Shown in pieces: positions 1-11,498 of a DNA stretch of 64,000 nt (its first letter is position 1; the number at the start of each line of letters is the position of its first letter). The notes below the pieces were generated by a model, which saw only the letters and a list, made by a program, of their open reading frames with translations, ran no database searches and had not been told where the DNA came from. Origin of the DNA: Calcarisporiella thermophila CBS 279.70. Taxonomy: Eukaryota; Fungi; Calcarisporiellomycota. A program made the position numbers and the translations under genes. The stretch is taken from the NCBI RefSeq assembly GCF_041956535.1, contig NW_027192221.1, positions 1 through 64,000 of the forward strand, read 5' to 3'.

Positions 1-79
1 GGTAAAAACCAATCTCTTATTTTTCTCCGTACATCTCTCCACAAGTCTCCAACCGCCCGTAACATTCCAAGCACAAATT

Positions 80-164
80 CCGGCTATAGCTCAGCTGGTA
101 GAGCGGAAGACTGTAGTGTTTCATAGCAATCTTTAGGTCCCTGGTTCGAATCCGGGTGGCCGGA
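80..164 (+). tRNA. tRNA-Tyr(GTA) with 12-nt intron (117-128)
   Basis: Acceptor stem CCGGCTA/TGGCCGG + discriminator A; D-arm TAGCTCAGCTGGTAGAGC; anticodon stem GAAGA/TCTTT with CT-GTA-G; intron at canonical 37/38 position; T-loop GGTTCGAATCC; T-run Pol III terminator at ~170-180. Confidence 0.95.
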
Positions 165-470
165 ATATATTTTATTTTTTGGGGAAAGAGCTAAATTACC
201 GAGTATACAATTGAGTTTGGCCACATTTACTGTTTTGCCCAGCAGCCTGCCCTTTGGAATAAATTTATCCTTTTTCAATTGGAAGAAAATAATTTGGGGC
301 CAGCCGGGAATATCACTCTCTTATCCAAGGTTGGAGTCAGCGTTCTTGGATGGGCTAGCTCTTCGGATTTGTGGAAAAAATGAACCTTGCTACCACTGCC
401 ATACCTTTTTTTACACGTATTTGTATAGAAATCAGTTTATTGGAGTCAACCATGTTTCCGGAGAGGATGG

Positions 471-1947
471 TTAGGGGATTTTGGAGGCAATCTCCTGTGT
501 CTCCGTGTATACATCGTAGCGCCTTTGCATTGTCACAGGAATCTCCATGCGGCATTTCTCGATCAGCTCTGGGTCTAGGAATATATGAAAAAGGTGGATA
601 GAAAAAAAAAAGCAGTTGAAAGATGAGAAGGAGAAATGGCAGGTCTCCAAAACTAAAAGGTATCAATACCAATATCGCCGTAGATAATATCGGGCTTCTC
701 CAACGTGGTGGCAATGACCTCTCCCCTATACCCGTTTCCATTAGACACTGGGAATACAGATCAAAAAAACAAAGCTTCAGATTTTACTTGGGATTGACAA
801 TGGTGGAGTGGCCCCAGGCTTGGTAGGTTGCATCCTCGCTCCGCGCGGGAGAGCATGCGGCGACAAAGAACTGGTTATCAACAGCACTTTACACAGGAAT
901 AAAATGGGGATTGGGTTAGTGAGAAGAAGGGGGGAGAAGGGGGAGAGGGCCGATATCTCCTTCCGGACAGACTCACCGGGCTCTCTGCAAAAGCTCCCAA
1001 TGCATTGGTCCGGTAGTTGTGTTGAAAGCCCCGGGATAGATCATGGCGATGCATCCCTTGCGAGCCGCAATGGAGGCCATCTCGGAAAATCGGATATCAT
1101 AGCAAATCCCAATGCCAATTTTTCCATATACTTTGCATCAATACAGAAGTGGGGTGAGACACTCGAGGGTCATGGCCGACCTTAGTTCGACCCAAATGGG
1201 CACACCTACCCGTAGAGAAATGCGTCAGGTTATTTCCAGCGCTGAGGGTTTCGCTCTCCTGGAAGCGTATCTTTCCCGGGATATCGATGTCAAAGAGATG
1301 GATTTTGCGATGCTTGGCAACCAGCTCTCCTTTGGGATCGAATATGGTACACGTGTTGTACAGATTGCCGGTGGTCTCCTCTCGCTCTGGGATGGAGCCG
1401 CCGATCAAGTACACGTTGGCATCCTCGAGAGAAAATACATGGTTAAAACATCCGTAGGTGAGCACAGTTGAAGAAACGGGAGCCCCTCAAGGCCACTCGT
1501 CTACCTTTGCCATTTGGGAAAGAGCTTGTACAGTGGGACCAGATGGAATGGGCTCTGCATATTCCGGAAAATACGAGGTTCCATAGGGTGAATTGAAGCA
1601 TTCCTGCATAGGGATGGGGACACTATAGGTGAGCATTCCGCTTTGTGATACCGCGCAAGCTTCAAGGGAAAAGAAGGCTAGGAAGAAATAATAAAAAGCA
1701 GGGGACATACCGGCAAACACACAACATTGGCACCTCTCTCGGCGGCTTCCAGCACCTTTGCTCGAGCGTTTCTTACGTTCACGTTCTTATCGCTCCCGAC
1801 GGCTAGTTGGATCAAGGCCAGCTTAAAAGATTGATTCGGCATGGAGGTGAAGAGGCGATATTGGCGAGTGATGGGATGGGGGAGTGGCGCGACACAGCGT
1901 AGCAAAGATCTCGAGGGGTAGATGCAAGAGACCGAAAAGAGAACCAT
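471..1947 (-). CDS. NIT3: Omega-amidase / carbon-nitrogen hydrolase (NIT2/yeast Nit3 family), multi-exon
   Basis: Spliced motifs [18 protein letters not shown] (catalytic E), [33 protein letters not shown] (catalytic K), [10 protein letters not shown] (catalytic C), [14 protein letters not shown]; last exon ends ...[18 protein letters not shown] at 471. Confidence 0.92.
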
Positions 1948-2377
1948 GGGCGAACAGAGCTGAGTTTTATTCTCTCTCGAGTCCGTGATATAGAACGAGT
2001 CAGAGTGGGGAAAAAGGAGGCGAGAGGCGCAGATAATTTTAAAGGCTGGGTGCTATTGAAGGAAGGAATGAGAAGAGGAAAAAAGGTTTCACTTCGAGGT
2101 GGAGAATGCGGACACAACAAGGGTGGTGAGAGAATCATACCAAACATTATAGGAGTTTGCTATTGAGTAGATGTTTCATCTTTTCAGATATATATATGTA
2201 TAAGATAGTGGGTGTTAAAACATACAACACAAAGGTATGTGAGGAGTGCATGGAGGAGAAAAGGAAAAAAAAAAAAAAAGAGAACGAACAGGGATGGGAG
2301 ACGAAAATCCAAAAGACACACAAAAAACAACTAGAATTAAAAATAAAATAAAATTTTTCTAATGCATAAGAGGGAGA

Positions 2378-4783
2378 TTACGCCTTGGTTGCCCTCCAGA
2401 ACGAGGCGTACATGTTCACCCTATCCAGGCTGATGTCGCTGCCTTGCTCGCGGATCCCCATCGGCTCGACGGTGAAGCCGTTCTTCTCGAAGATGCGGTT
2501 ATACCAGGGGTAACGGGCGGCGGAGCGCCAGTACACGGCGCCGCCCGGCTTAATGGTGCGGGCGACGCTTGCGATTTCGGCCTCGGCGGCGGGCTCGTCG
2601 AACCAGTCCATGTGGTCCATCAGCACGGCCTTGGTCACAGACTCCGCGGCCAGGTTGTTGAGCACGTTGTTGATGCTGTCGGTGTGCAGACGGAACGCGT
2701 CGAGCGCACCGCTCGTCTTCAGCTCGTGGAAGCCCTTCTCGGTGAGGTAGGAGGGGCACGACTGGCGGGAGTACTTCTGCTGCAGGCAGAGGTAGTAGAA
2801 GTACTGGTCGTTGCGGAACAGGGAGCGGCCGATGATGGGGTCGAGAGTGTCCTCGATGTACTGCTGGGCGGAGCCCTCGCTCAGGAACATATTCATCTGG
2901 TTGACGGGAACGCCGAGCGCGTTCCAGAAGAAGACGGGGTTGCTCAGCATCCCCACGAACCACTTGGCCAAGAGGGTGGGGCGGATGCGGGTCCTCCAGA
3001 TGCGCTTCTGCTCCTCGACGGTGGCGGCGTGGCAGAGGGCGTCGCAGTCCTTGCGCAGCCCCATCACTCGCACGATGGTGTCGACGATGCGCAACGCGAG
3101 GCCGGAGTAGCCGGAGAGGTAGAATTTGGAGCGGAAGGAGGAGGCGTTGTGCGACCAGAACTGGTACGCGTGGGAGCTCATGCTGGGGCTGAGCTGGGAG
3201 TCCAGGAGCGCCTTGAAGCCGGGGTGCTTGCCGTCGCCGAACATCTTCCAGAAGTCCTCGTACTCGAGGTTCTTGAGGCCGGAGAGCTTGAGCTCCATCA
3301 GATGGCCCTGGCACGGGTTGATGTCCACGCAGTGGATGCGCTTGGGGCGGCCCTTGAGGGCGTACTCGAGCGCGTTATCGCCGGCACTGGTGATCACGAA
3401 CATGACGTCGTCGGGCTTGAGGTCCAGCACCTCGAGATCCACGCGGGGGTCCTCCCACGTGAACGCGTAGATGTACGAGCGGAACTGGGTGTGGCAGGGG
3501 AGCGAGGGGTCGTACGGCAGGCGCCACGAGTTGGCCTGGTAGTGGAAGCTGGAGGGGGGGAGCGCGGGGGCGCTCGCGACCAAGGCGGCCGACTCCTCCC
3601 TGTCGGCGATCTCGTTGACGACCCTGCGTTCGCGCTGGCACCCGATCCACACGTAGTAGGGGATGCGCACAAGGCCGGGGATGACGAAGTGGTTGCGGGC
3701 GTTGAGGCTCTTGAGCGTCCCGAACTTGTACTCGAGGTAGTCGCGGCGGCCGGGGGCGAGGTTGATGTGGTCGAAGTCGAACCAGATTTGCCAGAAGAAG
3801 CGGTTGAACCAGCCCACGCGACGGTTCTGCGAGCCCGACATCTTCTCGGCCGGGGAGGCCGCGTTGCCGGAGACATAGAAGTCGGCCACGCCCACCACGC
3901 CCTGTGGGTGGAGCAGGGAGGCGATGCGGTCGACGACAGGGAAGAACGTGTCGATCATGGAGAGAGAGTAGGACAGGGTGACCAGCCCGATGTTGCCGTC
4001 GGGGGCGTCGAGGTCCGGCAGGTGGAAGGAGGCGGCGTCGTCGCACAGGACTACGACATTCTTCCAGCCTTTCTTCTCGAATCGCTCGCGCGCAACCTTG
4101 CAGAGCGAAGGGCATAGGTCGACCAGGTAGACGCGATGGAATTTCTCGATTGAAAAGTATTCGTTCATGCGCTCAATATTCCATCCTAACCAGGAGATGA
4201 AAAAAAAAAAGTCAGTGGCTAGCTCGAATGTCCACATTGCAGATGAGGCGACTGACCGGTTCCGCCGCCGATATCGATCCAGATGAGCTTTTCAGGGGCG
4301 ATGCCCTCCTCAATCTGATGCTTCAGCTGAGCAGCGCAGAGCCTGAGCATCGTCTTGCGACCCCGTAGGAGGCCACCGCGGGTGGCATCGTAGACTAGAG
4401 AGAGTGAAGGAAGGGGGGGGGATGGGTGAGATGAGGCATGATGAATTCGACGGTGAATGCCACTTACCTTCAGCCTGGTCCTGGTAGAACGATTCCAGCC
4501 GGGTTTGCTGGTTGACGCCGTGGTTGCCCAGCGGCTTCAGGAAGCATGAGTAGATGAATTTGAGGGGCGCCTTGAGCTGGTCCTTGGCGACGATGTAGGC
4601 GACGAGGGATGCGGCGAGGGACAGCAAGAATGCAAGCCCGTACTTGCTGGATGGGAGCCATCCCTCTAGTAATGTGGAGCGCAGAGCCAAGATGCTCAGC
4701 ACCACTGAGACGGGCACAAGCCAGGCGCGGAAGTTGAGTTCCTGGAAAGCCTCAGCGTACGATTGTCCGTGACCAAGACCCAT
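2378..4783 (-). CDS. BTA1: Betaine lipid (DGTS) synthase, BtaB methyltransferase + BtaA/DUF3419 fusion, 3 exons
   Basis: N-terminal TM segments; LESFYQDQA, WIDIGGGTGWNIE (SAM motif across intron), VYLVDLCPSL, YIYAFTWEDPRVD, ITSAGDNAL, VDINPCQGHL, MDHMDWF, WRSAA, terminal DRVNMYASFW. Confidence 0.92.
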
Positions 4784-4986
4784 GTTGAAGGGTTAGCGGG
4801 GAGTAGTTAGATGGCGAGGGGGAGGGGGATGGGATGGGCTCGGTCGAGCGAGGGAAGCGGGAGATGGCAAGGGGAGGGGAAGGGGAGAAAAGAAGTCAAG
4901 GGAGAGGCGGCCTTAAATGGGACTGTTTAAAAAAGGTAGGACGCGTGCGGAACAAATACGCGATGCGGTGAATGCGTTGGCCGATT

Positions 4987-5000
4987 CCCACACGTGTGGG
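4987..5000. promoter_or_regulatory. Perfect 14-bp palindrome CCCACACGTGTGGG containing an E-box (Pho4/NUC-1-type CACGTG)
   Basis: Seen directly about 205 bp upstream of the BTA1 ATG; function inferred. Confidence 0.5.
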
Positions 5001-5951
5001 CATCTGGGCAAGGCTGGCCCGGAGAGGGGACAGAGATTTGGTTGTTTTAGATTCGGTTGGGGTGTGGGTGCAGTCCCTGGCCTGCGGCCAATTGCTCATC
5101 ACACATGCGGTTGGCTTGGAGTTTAACAGGCCGGATCCAATTGATAAAGAGATATCCCTGCTCGTTGGGGGCGAGGCCGGCCGTGTGTGCCTCTCCCCCC
5201 CCTGTCGCCGATTGCCAAGTAGCTGCTGACATGTGAAAACCTGCCCTCGCCCCGCTTTGGCCGCTCTGCTCGCCCAGCTCCGCCGCCCCCTCCTAGCGCC
5301 CCTCGTTGGCTCAGCTCCTGGCTCGCCCCCTCGCCCGAAATCCCAGGTGTGGCTTGCGCGCGGGCGGTCCTTGCTCCCGCGAGCCTCGCCAGGCTGCTCG
5401 CGGCCGAATCGCCGTGGGGAGCGCAAGGGGGATCCAGCAGGGTTGGCGCCTGCCCATATCGAGGAGCGCGGCCAAATCAAGGTTAAGGATGATACCACAC
5501 CTCCTCATGCACATGGCAGGAGCTTGCGGGTGCCGGCTGCAGAGGCCTCGAGGGGAAAAGTCGAGAATTCCTTCGTAGTGTGACGTTGCACGCACAATAC
5601 TTGCAAGCCGTAGGAGTCTTGCTGGATTTGGCGTGGTGCGCATTCGGGGGTGGAGGCCGCGCGTCAGCGTCGCACATAGCTATTTCGCTGTAGTTTAATT
5701 TTTCGTTTGTTTTAGTCGGGCAGGCCCAATATTCGGGAGGAGATTTTCGCTGGATCCATTTTCCCCGTGGAGGAGATAAGCATTCGCCTCTCGGATAATC
5801 CAAGCCCAAGCCACCCAAGGTCCCCATTGACAGCGTCAGACGCCTAAGGAGCCCGCCTCCGAGTCATCCTGCTTCGAACCCAGAAGAGGCATCGAACGAT
5901 CTGCCAAGGGCTGATTCCTGGACCCAAAAACAAAATTCCCCCCTTTTCCAA

Positions 5952-7062
5952 ATGGCGCTTCGGGTATGTATTGGACATTCGAGTGGGCTGCTTGTCCATT
6001 GATTTCTCACGCTGACTCCCTCCATGTCGAACCCGGGTGGCAAACTGCAGTACTTGACCCAGAAACTCTCGCAGGAAATCGACAAAGAGCTCATGTCCCC
6101 GCAAGGGGGCTTCTGTGTTGAGCAGCTCATGGAGCTGGGTACGCGCTAGCATTCGGATGCGATGGCGGTTCTCCTTGAGCTAATGCCACTCTATTTGCTT
6201 AGCCGGTTTGTCGGTTGCTCAAGCGGTCACGCGAGTCTATTCCAAGGACCAGTACTCCCGAGTCCTCGTTTGCGTGGGCCCCGGAAACAATGGTGGCGAT
6301 GGTAATTGGTCCACTTGATCTTTTATGTTTTCTGCTGACATCTAAGCCTTGCCCCCCCTCCCCCTGCCTTTGCTTCCCTCTTTTTTCTCTTCAAGGGCTT
6401 GTGGCCGCCAGGCACTTGCTCCATTTCGGCTACAAGCCAAAGATATACTTGCCGAAGGAGCCCAGCAAGGATCTCTACAAGGGGCTGGTGACCCAATGCA
6501 AGAACCTCCATATCCCGTTCACCAAAGACATTGCTTCTCAAATAGGCGACAGTGATCTCGTACTGGATGCCATCTTTGGTAGGCTTGCCCCTTGGCGCAC
6601 TCTCCCCTCTTACCTCTTCTTTTACTAGGCTAATGGCCGATGCTTGGATAGGCTTTGGCTTCTCGGGTGATGTCCGTGCTCCCTACGACGAGGCCGTCAA
6701 GTGTCTCAAACAAAACAGCCTTCCCATCGTGAGCATCGATTGCCCGTCGGGCTGGGACGTGGAGCACGGGAACGCGGAGGAGAAGAGCTTCGAGCCGGAA
6801 ATGCTCATCTCGCTCACCGCGCCGAAGCTGTGCGCTAAACACTTCCGAGGGCGCTACCACTTCCTCGGCGGCCGATTTGTCCCCCCGTAGTTATCTGATT
6901 TAGGGGTGACTCTTCCCCCAAAAACCAAGGGGCTTGGCGAAATTAACCGTCTTTTTTTTCCTTGTCTCGCTCGATTCTAGGGAGTTCGAGAAAAAATATG
7001 AATTGAATCTGCCACAGTACCCCGGCACGGATCAATGCGTCGATATCTCCTCGCGGCTGTAA
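5952..7062 (+). CDS. NNR1: NAD(P)H-hydrate epimerase (YjeF_N), multi-exon, C-terminal SRL
   Basis: Spliced MALR|[81 protein letters not shown]; ends [17 protein letters not shown]. Confidence 0.92.
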
Positions 7063-7430
7063 TTTCAGACGAGTGGAGGCGAACGTGTTCCGCCGTCGTC
7101 GACCTGGCCTCGTAAGGCCCTCTCCCCCCTCCGTTAGGTATGGAGAATTTCCAAGCAAACAAAGTGTCAATAAAATTCGCTCGCTCTCTCGACGTCATGC
7201 TCATTCTTAGTCAAAATCGCTTATTATTAATCAAGTGGGTATTAAAAATCTGGAATGCCTAGTTTGGAAGGGAATTCGCACCTCCAAGCACGCACCAATC
7301 GCATGCATGTGATATTTAGAGTCGACTTCCCGAGGAAATTTTTTCCTCTCTCAACTCAAATACAGAATAGAAGAGGAAAGAAAAGCCAGGTTAAAAAAAT
7401 AATAAAATAGACCCAAAGCCCATTCTCCCT

Positions 7431-8511
7431 ATGACCATAGCCCAAGAATCCGTTCTCGACCGTCTCCCCTCCACCTCCACCTCCGCCGCCACCCCCCCCT
7501 CTTCCTCCTCTGAATCCCATTCTCCCGAGGAATCGGAAGATTTTTTCCCCCCCATCGTATGTCGCAAGGGTTGTCGCTATCATCGATCCCACATCCTCTC
7601 CCCGATGGATTTACTCCCGCCCTCTCCCCTCACCTACACTCCCCCTGCATCGCCCCCACCCAGCTCTTCACATCTCATTGAAAAGTCGCACAATGGTCAT
7701 CTAAGAACATCGATTCGGGTTGAGAGCCAAGCCCGGGCTCGCATCCCAACCGCCGAGTTCGGCGAATTCAGTCTCTATCTCTACCACAATACGCTGGATG
7801 ACAAGGAGCATCTCGCGATCGTGTATGGCGATATCCGGAGTAGGAGCCTGGAGGCACCTAGGCCCGGTGAAACCGAGAGGGATCGCATCGTTCGGGGGGC
7901 TAGCCCCCAGCCCATCGAGCCGCTGACCAGCCCCGAAGCTCCGCTGGTCAGGATCCATTCCGAGTGTTTCACGGGCGAAACCGTCCATTCCGCACGCTGT
8001 GACTGCGGCGAGCAGCTGGATGAGGCGATGCGAGTGATGGCCAAGGAGGGAAAGGGAGTGGTGGTGTATCTGCGCCAGGAAGGAAGGGGCATCGGATTGC
8101 TAGAAAAACTAAAGTAAGGCTGCTCTTCTTGGATGGGTTGACAAGACGGAGTCCCTCTAACGCTTGTTCTCTCCACCCCCTTCCTCTAGGGCCTATAATA
8201 TCCAGGACCTCGGCTACGACACGCTCAGCGCCAATCTTCTCCTCAACCACCCCGCCGATGCGCGCAGCTACGAGATGGCCACCGCCATCCTCGACGACCT
8301 CGGCATCCACGCCGTTCGCCTGCTTACCAACAACCCGGACAAAATCGCCCAGGTGGAGGCGGATGGCCTGCGCGTCGTCGAGCGAGTTCCCATGGTGCCC
8401 AAGGTCTGGGAGAAGAAGGGAGCCGGCGTATTGCGCGAACTAGACAAGTATTTGAAGGTCAAGGTAGAAAGGATGGGCCATATCCTAGACTTGCCGTCCA
8501 ACTTGAATTGA
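7431..8511 (+). CDS. RIB1: GTP cyclohydrolase II (riboflavin biosynthesis), one intron ~8114-8189
   Basis: [42 protein letters not shown]|[24 protein letters not shown]. Confidence 0.95.
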
Positions 8512-8928
8512 TTTAGAAGTGCTTCTTTGTTACATTCTTCATTTGTTTTTTATTTGTTCCTGGAACTCTTTGACGCTTTTTATTTCGTTATTTTTTTTTT
8601 CTTTGTCGCCTTCCCCATTGTGATTCGCTTGAACATATCTTGTATTAAAGTCTCTAACTCGTGAAACCGTAAACCATAAAAGGTGGAAAACAAAAAAAAC
8701 AATGTATTATTTTTATTCACACTTCCATTCCCATTAGCATTAAAGTGGAATGGAAAAAGAAATGAAAAAAAACTCTAAGCTCGCTTGAACCATTTGATAT
8801 CCATAAAGAACAAGAAAGAGTAAAAAAAAATTATAAGAAGACAAGAGGTTTTGCGGGGAGGAAGAGGAGAAAAAAAAGGGGGAAACAAATAGAATAAAGC
8901 ACACGCGAATGAAAGAGAGCGAAGGGGA

Positions 8929-9847
8929 TCATGGCCTGCGGGGCGGCGGCGGAGGGGACATCAACGAGGGTAAGGTTTCCCCGTAGAGAGGGCCGGATCT
9001 CTGTTGCAGCGGAGACATGCCCATATTGAGGTTCCGGGACCGACCCTCGGGGAGGCCTGGTTCTGTGGCACTCCGCACTCTTGAACTTCTCCAGCCAGCA
9101 TCCAGGGTGTGGGGGGATAACCGGTAGCCCAGGAGCCCCTCATCCCCTCCCCTGGATGCTGGCGGTGCTGTGCCCGGCACCTGGGGCTGGCGTCCGAGAG
9201 GGATAGGCGAGCAAAGGGTGAGCATGATCTCGGCCGCATCCTCCTCGATCGTCGAGGAGGCGCGCCCGGGCGGCGAAGGGGTACGAGGGGATCTGAGCTC
9301 GGACAGCTTGGGGGATCGGAACGACTCGGTGCTTCTGCCGGTACTCAGCCCGCCTCGCCCGTTGCCCATGCCTCCCCCCACCGCCTTTGCTCGCGGTCTA
9401 TTTTCCCGGTGACGAAGCGGTTCGAGTGGACTCCGTGGGGCATGTCGCAGGGCCCGATACGCGTGATATCTTCGGACTGGCGGTGCACTGTAGGCCTGGC
9501 GCAACATGGGGGGAGGTTGTGATGGGGGATGGGAGAACACGCGGTCCTCGAGCGCTTCAAGATTGAGCTGCTCCCAACCGCGTTGGGCCTTGTATTTGGC
9601 AAATGACAGACGCGTTCTTAGGCGCTGGAGAGTCTTTTGATAGGATGGAAATGGTTAACGGGGGTACACACGGAGGAAGCGACGCGACAATGAATTGATT
9701 AAGCTCCCCTCTCTTTTTGAGAAGGAGGGAGGGGGGAGGGATACTTACTTCAGAGACATCCGATGATTGCGGTGATTTGATCTCGGCTGACGACGCGGAT
9801 GCAGGCGGTTTATCTGGCCGAGAATTGTGTGATGTGCCTTCCTCCAT
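8929..9847 (-). CDS. Whi5/Nrm1-domain G1/S transcriptional repressor-like protein, intron 9634-9748
   Basis: After splicing (GAA|gtaagt...aaag|ACT) reads LQRLRTRLSFAKYKAQRGWEQLNLEALE, matching the Whi5 domain; the rest is disordered with many SP/TP CDK-type sites. Confidence 0.75.
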
Positions 9848-10164
9848 CTCAACTGATTCATAGAAGAGCGTGTTTGGAAAGCGATTAGAAAAAAATAACT
9901 CCAGTCAGTATCGCAATCCCCAGCAAACAGGCGCGTCAGGAATAATCAACAAGAGATAGCCTACTATATAGGTAGAATTTGCTAGCAGCTAAGCCAACAC
10001 AATACACATCTAATGCCGAGTGAAGAATGAGAAGGGCAGATCGGAATTCTGGAATGCAAGCCTAGCCAAGTTTAATTAACTGCCAATGGTACAGGATAGA
10101 AAAAAGACAGAGAAGGCGTATGGAAGCAAGAGTTGAGAGCTAGTGGGAGGGAGAAGGGAAAAGG

Positions 10165-10246
10165 CGCGTCACTCACCCGTTGCAAAATTATTTCTTACGC
10201 GAACCCCCGCCTAAATTTTCACAGTCGCGCTCTCTGAGAAACGCGT
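10165..10246. promoter_or_regulatory. Cluster of CGCG-core MCB/SCB-like elements upstream of the Whi5/Nrm1-like gene
   Basis: CGCGT 10165, ACGCGAA 10197, CGCG 10226, ACGCGT 10241, next to a putative 5'UTR intron (10176 to 9853). Confidence 0.4.
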
Positions 10247-11498
10247 AAAAACGAAAAATAAGCCAACGCCATGATCCTGTTATCAGCTTGGTTTTTTTTT
10301 TTTTCAGGGAGGGGGATGGGAGGAGTTTTATTCCTCGAGAGCGGCGATGGATTGTTTATTTTTTCTCCTCTTCTTCCTTCTCTCTCTCTATCTGGATGCC
10401 AATCCAGAAAAGAATCCCTTGCTATCCCTACTGTGGATATCCATGCAAAGCTGATGTGGTAGACGTGCTCAAGGGGGGACATAGCCATCCACGACTCTCC
10501 TAGGTCGCCCTCCCCCTCCTTTTCCTCGCGATCTTTCATCCGCTCGCCTCCCTTCACGGACGCATGACTCACTAGAGAACGGAATATTTCCAATCATCAT
10601 CCATTTCCCAAGTCTATCTGATTTAGAGTTTGATTGGTCGAAGTGAGCATACAAATTAAACGGATAGATCACGATCAATTACTTCAAACACGGCCAATTT
10701 CAAGCACCTTGATGATTCTCATCTAGGTTTGTTTATTATCTATAGCTTTTTTTCCCGCTTCTCTCTCACACTTGACACAGAAAGAACACTAGAACAGGGC
10801 AATTCGAGATCGATTATATAACCGGTAGATCGCACCTCTCTATCACCCCCTTCCAAGACTACGGTGCTTGAAACACAAGTCTTGCTCTTGTTCTTAATGA
10901 AATCCCCTCACTGTGGGAGGAACTCGGGCGGCCGCCTCTACATCGGGGCTTCGAACCGGATTCCACCGGGTCAATTTTTGCCCGCCAGTTTCTCAACCAA
11001 GCTTCATTTTTCAGAGCAAAGTGGAAACCCTCATCATTTGCGGCCCCCTTTCATCTGCCAGATTCAATAGAGCGCTCGATTTTGTTGACGAACCCACCCC
11101 ATTTCCAATGGGTTTGCCATACTTGTCTAAACACAGCGTCTTGGCCTCGTGCAGCCCCCCTCCGTCCCCCCTCTTACACAGTGACAAATTGAGCTATTAT
11201 TACTTTGCACACCTTCTCCTCTCTTTCCGACTTTCTCTTTTCCTTTCCTTCTTTCTCCTCCACGGTAGGCCATTTCAAGGGACTAGAAACTGAGCCTGAT
11301 GGGCTCCTACTTAGTAATACGCATTTCTTTCTAGAAACTTATCACCGGAATTCACCAAATTGGATGCGGGCCAAGCCGCATTTTTATTTTCCTTTTCATC
11401 CTTAGAGTTTTCGTGGACTTTTCTCATAAGAAACCTCAGTTCGTTGGTATCTTTTCCCAATTATCCCAGCTCTTTTTCATTGTTCTCCTTCGAAACGA

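Noticed and set aside
2444-4117. 557-aa antisense ORF and other long overlapping ORFs within BTA1
   Set aside because: Shadow of extreme GC3 codon bias on the opposite strand; no recognisable domain.
4896-5827. Several 100-200 aa ORFs in the BTA1-NNR1 spacer
   Set aside because: Arg/Pro/Gly-rich translations typical of GC-rich non-coding DNA; no motifs or consistent splice structure.
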